Below, piece after piece: positions 60,000 to 64,000 of a DNA stretch of 64,000 bases (its first letter is position 1; each line of letters opens with the position of its first letter). The stretch lies in NCBI GenBank assembly GCA_902477915.1, contig CABSJA010000003.1:3156-67155 (forward strand). The letters run 5' to 3'. The position numbers were made by a program, and so were the translations under genes. The notes beneath the pieces were generated by a model. The model did not search any database and was not told where the DNA came from. It saw only the letters and a program-made list of their open reading frames with translations. The DNA comes from an uncultured Veillonella sp. (GTDB taxonomy: Bacteria > Bacillota > Negativicutes > Veillonellales > Veillonellaceae).

Positions 60000-60863
60000 C
60001 TATTTAAGGTCTAGTTCTTTCAAATATGCTTTGAAGTTCTCACCTAACTCTTCATTACGAAGGGCATACTCAACAGTAGCTTTCAAGTAACCTAATTTAT
60101 CGCCTGTATCGTAACGAATACCTTCATAAGCTAATGCATACGTATCGGTTTTAGATGCTGCTAGAGCATCAGTTAATTGAACTTCATTACCTACGCCTGG
60201 TTTTGTATTTTCTAAAATATTGAAAATATCTGGCGTTAAAATGTAACGACCTAATACTGCTAGTCTAGATGGTGCATCTTCTTTTTTTGGTTTTTCTACC
60301 AAATTATGAACGCGATATAAATTATCCGCTAATGCTTCACCAGATACAATGCCATAAGAGCTAACTTTATCTTCAGGTACAAATTGAGCCCCTAAGATAA
60401 TACCAGGATGTTCATCGTAACACTCAATTAACTGTTTAAGGCATGGATTTTCAGGATTATATACAATATCATCACCAAGCAATACAGCAAATGGTTCATC
60501 ACCAATAAAGGCTTTTGCACATAGTACAGCATCGCCAAGACCACGAGGAGCTTTTTGACGAATAAAGTGAACTTTAATATCTGCTAAGTCTTTAATCATA
60601 GCCAATTGTTTATTTTTACCTTGGCTTTGTAAAAGCAATTCTAGTTCCACACTGCTATCAAAATGATCTTCAATAGCGCGTTTATTACGGCCTGTAATGA
60701 TTAGGATCTCTTCAATACCAGAATCTAATGCTTCTTTTACAATATATTGGATAGCAGGTGTATCCACGATAGGAAGCATTTCCTTTGGTTGTGCTTTAGT
60801 AGCTGGTAAGAAGCGTGTACCAAAGCCAGCTGCTGGAATAACGGCTTTTCTAATACGTTGCAT
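60000..60863 (-). CDS. galU: UTP-glucose-1-phosphate uridylyltransferase
   Basis: KAVIPAAGFGTRFLPATKA.PKEML, VEKP, RYDTG. Confidence 0.96.
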   Translation of the reverse strand: MQRIRKAVIPAAGFGTRFLPATKAQPKEMLPIVDTPAIQYIVKEALDSGIEEILIITGRNKRAIEDHFDSSVELELLLQSQGKNKQLAMIKDLADIKVHFIRQKAPRGLGDAVLCAKAFIGDEPFAVLLGDDIVYNPENPCLKQLIECYDEHPGIILGAQFVPEDKVSSYGIVSGEALADNLYRVHNLVEKPKKEDAPSRLAVLGRYILTPDIFNILENTKPGVGNEVQLTDALAASKTDTYALAYEGIRYDTGDKLGYLKATVEYALRNEELGENFKAYLKELDLK

Positions 60864-60876
60864 AGTTATCTCCTAA

Positions 60877-62430
60877 TTAAAAGTCTTTGCCAACAAATTT
60901 GATTTTCCATTGATCATTATTGCTTCTATGTGCATCCTTATAAGTTAAGTACAAGTCAAAGGAATGTAAATCACGATGCCATGTATAATATACAGAGTCT
61001 ATCTGACCACTCATCATATTTGTTTTAACACTTACAGACACATCATCTAAGCGAGTCAATTTATAGTTACCGCCATAGATGAGCTCTTTAGGAAGCTCTG
61101 TAGTATCAAATCGATATGGAGAGTTATTATAAGAAATATTACGTTGATTATAGCTAACCCATACATTAGCACGATTTCCCACTTTAGAGCGGAATCTAGC
61201 GCCCCAGTAAGGCATGCTACGAATCGTGCCATCGTAACCATAGTAGTCGCGTTGGTAACCGCCCAAGAAGCGTAAATCGGCATTTTTGCCAAGCTTAATT
61301 GGATCATGAGATATTTCTGTATAGTATTCCTTATGGGAACCTTTTACAGAACCTTCTTTCCAATAACCGGCATTAACGCCACCGCGTACAGTTACTGGTG
61401 ATTTACCCACATGATACGTATGAGTATCTAAACGGGCCTCACCAATCTTTTCAACCCATACCGTTTCATCATTATATTCATTAGATTCTTTACTGTACCC
61501 AATTGACGCAGTAGCCCAAGGCAAGTAGTGTCTATAACCAACTTTTGGTTTAAAGCCTGATTTTGAATACCAGCGATAATCGATATAAGCTTCACCATGC
61601 TTACCAATTGGATAATCAGTACTACCATGCAAGCCAAGTCCATCATCACTACTATATGTAGGCTTTGGAACTAATGAGAATATACTGAATTTTCCTTCTT
61701 TATCATGACGCAAGGACGCTGTATAAGAAGGTAAAGATAAAACCTTAAAGTTTTTAATGTAGAAAGACGGTTTTTTAATAATGACTTTATCGCCAGGATA
61801 CACCTTGATATCTTGACCTTCTACACGATAATCTGGTGTATGTTTAAAGGCCATCGCATGTTTTGTGGTAACCATGCCTTTATCCATATGACCAGTTTCA
61901 CCATCAAATGTAGCATTTTGCCCCTTCACATAGTAAGGATCATTCCAACCAAACGCTTGGTCAGCTGTAAAATGACGGTCACTAGTCCGATATGTCATAT
62001 TTTGACCTGTAATATCCTTTGTTTTACCGCCATTTTCCAAAAAGCGATACCCACCAACAGTACGGTATTCTGTAGTTTTTGTATTACCTTCTATACGTGG
62101 TGCCATCAAGGTTTGATTACCTTGAGTCACTACTACATCACCTTGTGCATATACATCACCAGTGGACCCAGTATAGGACATTTTATCTGCATCAATACGA
62201 GTCGGCAATTGTTCTGTAGGTTGATCAGACTTTGCCTTTTCACCACGACGTACAACACGGATATTACTATTTTCAGGTGTAGATGCTTTAGAGATTTCTC
62301 CAAGATAGGATTGATCAACGCTATCCAATTGATCTTGATATACCGTGGTTGACTCTGTAGCAGCCCATACTGGTTGTGCTAAACAGAAAACACATGCCGC
62401 TGCCAGCCATTGTACTTTACGTTTCCTCAT
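60877..62430 (-). CDS. LptD/OstA-like outer membrane protein
   Basis: Signal peptide; OstA-like jellyroll (IDADKMSY, A.GDVVV, V.PGD.V); aromatic-rich alternating beta-strands; terminal Phe. Confidence 0.7.
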   Translation of the reverse strand: MRKRKVQWLAAACVFCLAQPVWAATESTTVYQDQLDSVDQSYLGEISKASTPENSNIRVVRRGEKAKSDQPTEQLPTRIDADKMSYTGSTGDVYAQGDVVVTQGNQTLMAPRIEGNTKTTEYRTVGGYRFLENGGKTKDITGQNMTYRTSDRHFTADQAFGWNDPYYVKGQNATFDGETGHMDKGMVTTKHAMAFKHTPDYRVEGQDIKVYPGDKVIIKKPSFYIKNFKVLSLPSYTASLRHDKEGKFSIFSLVPKPTYSSDDGLGLHGSTDYPIGKHGEAYIDYRWYSKSGFKPKVGYRHYLPWATASIGYSKESNEYNDETVWVEKIGEARLDTHTYHVGKSPVTVRGGVNAGYWKEGSVKGSHKEYYTEISHDPIKLGKNADLRFLGGYQRDYYGYDGTIRSMPYWGARFRSKVGNRANVWVSYNQRNISYNNSPYRFDTTELPKELIYGGNYKLTRLDDVSVSVKTNMMSGQIDSVYYTWHRDLHSFDLYLTYKDAHRSNNDQWKIKFVGKDF

Positions 62431-62467
62431 GGTTACTAGAACTCCTCTTGCTTTAAGAATTTGTTAA

Positions 62468-63586
62468 TTATTGATTACGCTTTACAACTACGATAGGTTG
62501 AGAAACATTTTCTACCGGTTCTTCTTGTTCTTCTACTGCTGCTGGTTCCTCTGTTGTTGTTTCATTTTCATCAACAGCTGCTTCATTAGTGTCTACAGTC
62601 CCTTCAGATTCATCAGCCGTATTAGGTACAGTTACTGCTTCAGCCAATTCATCATCACTGTGAGCCAAACCATCACCACCAATTACAAGACCTTGAATTG
62701 TAACAGAATCTTGAGGTTGTACATAAATGGTTGCACCAGCAGGGTATTCAATATTTTTACCCTTAACAAAGGCACCACCTACTAAGCCTACTGGTCCAAG
62801 TAAAACAGCACCAGCTACGGATGCACCAGCTGCTTTAACTTCACTGCGAGTTTTATCCTTAGCTTCTTTACCTTGTACTGCAGTAAATTCAGTACCATCA
62901 ATAGCAGGGATTGTGTCAAATGTGATGTCTAATACACCATTACGACCAAAGGAACGAGCCTTTTTCAAGGATGTAATTGTACCAGATCCTACTGTACCTG
63001 CAGGTACCAATAACACATTGCCATCCATTACATTTTCAGCTACTGTGAAAGCAACAGTGTCGCCTTCATGGCTAGTTTTAGAAGAAACAGCGTCATTCAA
63101 GGTAACTTTGAAGACTTGGTTGCCAGCTAATGTACCAACTTGGTTAGTAAGCGTTACATTGCTACCATATACTTTTGTTTTCAAAGAAATGATACGTTTT
63201 TGTAAAGAGCCGCTACCAATACGACCATTAACGCTACGTTCCATCTTTTCTACGCGATCTACAAGAGAACCTGCGTTAATGCTATTTTGATATGTATATT
63301 CAAGTGCGTCCATTTCTTCGCGCAAAGAAATGTTTGTGCCACTACCTTCTACGGAGTTATAGAGGGAATCGACACGTTTACTCAATGTCGCAGAATTGCC
63401 ATTGAAACCAGTACCATACACGGTTTCGTCAAGTTGATTAATGCGGTCCACTACAGCACCATCTTGTACTGCGCCATATACAGTAGTTTCCAAAACATTT
63501 GTTTTCTCTGTAACTGTGCCAGGAGCAGCAAATGCAGTGCCTGAAATCAAGGATGCCATTAAAAGTGTAAGTACTTGCTTCTTCAT
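62468..63586 (-). CDS. Exported hypothetical protein: helical repeats, TrbI/VirB10-like beta domain, Gly-rich hairpin, acidic tail
   Basis: Signal peptide ending AFA; repeats LE..VYG....G..V.R; VSSKTS.EGD.V.F...VPAGT...G.I. Confidence 0.65.
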   Translation of the reverse strand: MKKQVLTLLMASLISGTAFAAPGTVTEKTNVLETTVYGAVQDGAVVDRINQLDETVYGTGFNGNSATLSKRVDSLYNSVEGSGTNISLREEMDALEYTYQNSINAGSLVDRVEKMERSVNGRIGSGSLQKRIISLKTKVYGSNVTLTNQVGTLAGNQVFKVTLNDAVSSKTSHEGDTVAFTVAENVMDGNVLLVPAGTVGSGTITSLKKARSFGRNGVLDITFDTIPAIDGTEFTAVQGKEAKDKTRSEVKAAGASVAGAVLLGPVGLVGGAFVKGKNIEYPAGATIYVQPQDSVTIQGLVIGGDGLAHSDDELAEAVTVPNTADESEGTVDTNEAAVDENETTTEEPAAVEEQEEPVENVSQPIVVVKRNQ

Positions 63587-63630
63587 AAATTCCTCCACAA
63601 CGTATCTAATGTATAACTGTTATACAACAG

Positions 63631-63660
63631 AATAAGCACGGGCCTAAGACCGTGCTTATT
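63631..63660 (-). terminator. Hairpin/terminator
   Basis: AATAAGCACGG...CCGTGCTTATT. Confidence 0.65.
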
Positions 63661-63694
63661 CCCTGAGTCTACTATTTTATATGCTCAGTGGCCA

Positions 63695-64000
63695 TTAAAT
63701 TTTCAAATCGATAATCGCAGATACACCTACGCCTTGAACACGAGATGCACCAACTGGGTTTGTGCTATCAACAGGTACTAAACCTTTAACACGAACCATG
63801 CCGTTAAAGCTACCTTCTACTTGGGCAACAGCTTTAACTTGTTCAATGCTAGATGCAGGACCAGTAACTTGAGCAGCACCGATATAACCTTTTGTACCGA
63901 TACTGATGATAGGTACAACTTTAGTTGTATATTCTGTGCTTAAGTTATTTTGTTTCAATAATTTATTCAAGAAAGAGTCAATTTGTGGACCGAATTTGTT
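63695..64000 (-). CDS. Hypothetical protein (3' part; begins beyond window end)
   Basis: Frame stays open to base 64000 (NKFGPQIDSFLNKLLKQ...TKVVPIISIG..GYIGAAQVTGP...). Confidence 0.75.
   Translation of the reverse strand, partial: NKFGPQIDSFLNKLLKQNNLSTEYTTKVVPIISIGTKGYIGAAQVTGPASSIEQVKAVAQVEGSFNGMVRVKGLVPVDSTNPVGASRVQGVGVSAIIDLKI

Noticed and set aside
422..63635. Numerous 60-190 aa ORFs in the track that overlap larger genes (e.g. 12696-13268, 20496-21005, 26587-27099, 61813-62352, 62727-63290)
   Set aside because: They are antisense or alternate-frame shadows of well-supported genes, with no recognisable motifs
1..64000. CRISPR arrays, tRNA/rRNA genes, IS elements, prophage
   Set aside because: No spaced direct repeats, structural RNA signatures, transposase or integrase seen; intergenic palindromes are explained as terminators or operators

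Overview
AT-rich chromosomal window, almost entirely on the minus strand. It is most consistent with a diderm Firmicute (Negativicutes, very likely Veillonella): Firmicute-type genes (fapR, plsX, split CpsC/CpsD, PHP phosphatase) sit beside outer-membrane genes (Wza, secretin, LptD-like). In window order it contains: ftsY(partial)-smc-radical SAM-rnc; a FapR-led fatty-acid operon that includes a FabX-like Fe-S flavoprotein; rpmF/yceD; a 44-aa rubredoxin missed by the ORF track; a second FabK-like gene plus a gamma-CA gene; an atypical CLC; nrdDG; a ~19 kb Wzx/Wzy surface-polysaccharide locus; livKHMGF; an ABC-F; a secretin pair; UDP-sugar genes; a putative BirA-controlled hotdog-bioY-thiolase-CoA ligase operon; galU; and LptD-like and other exported proteins. 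The most striking signal is in the polysaccharide locus. Both its tyrosine kinase and its phosphatase are intact ORFs that have lost their catalytic residues. Its gene set predicts an AATGal/alditol-phosphate/uronate (zwitterionic, teichoic-acid-like) polymer with an ATP-grasp + CapA-family tailoring pair. No rRNA, tRNA, CRISPR or transposase was seen. All family assignments come from motif recognition by eye, not database searches.
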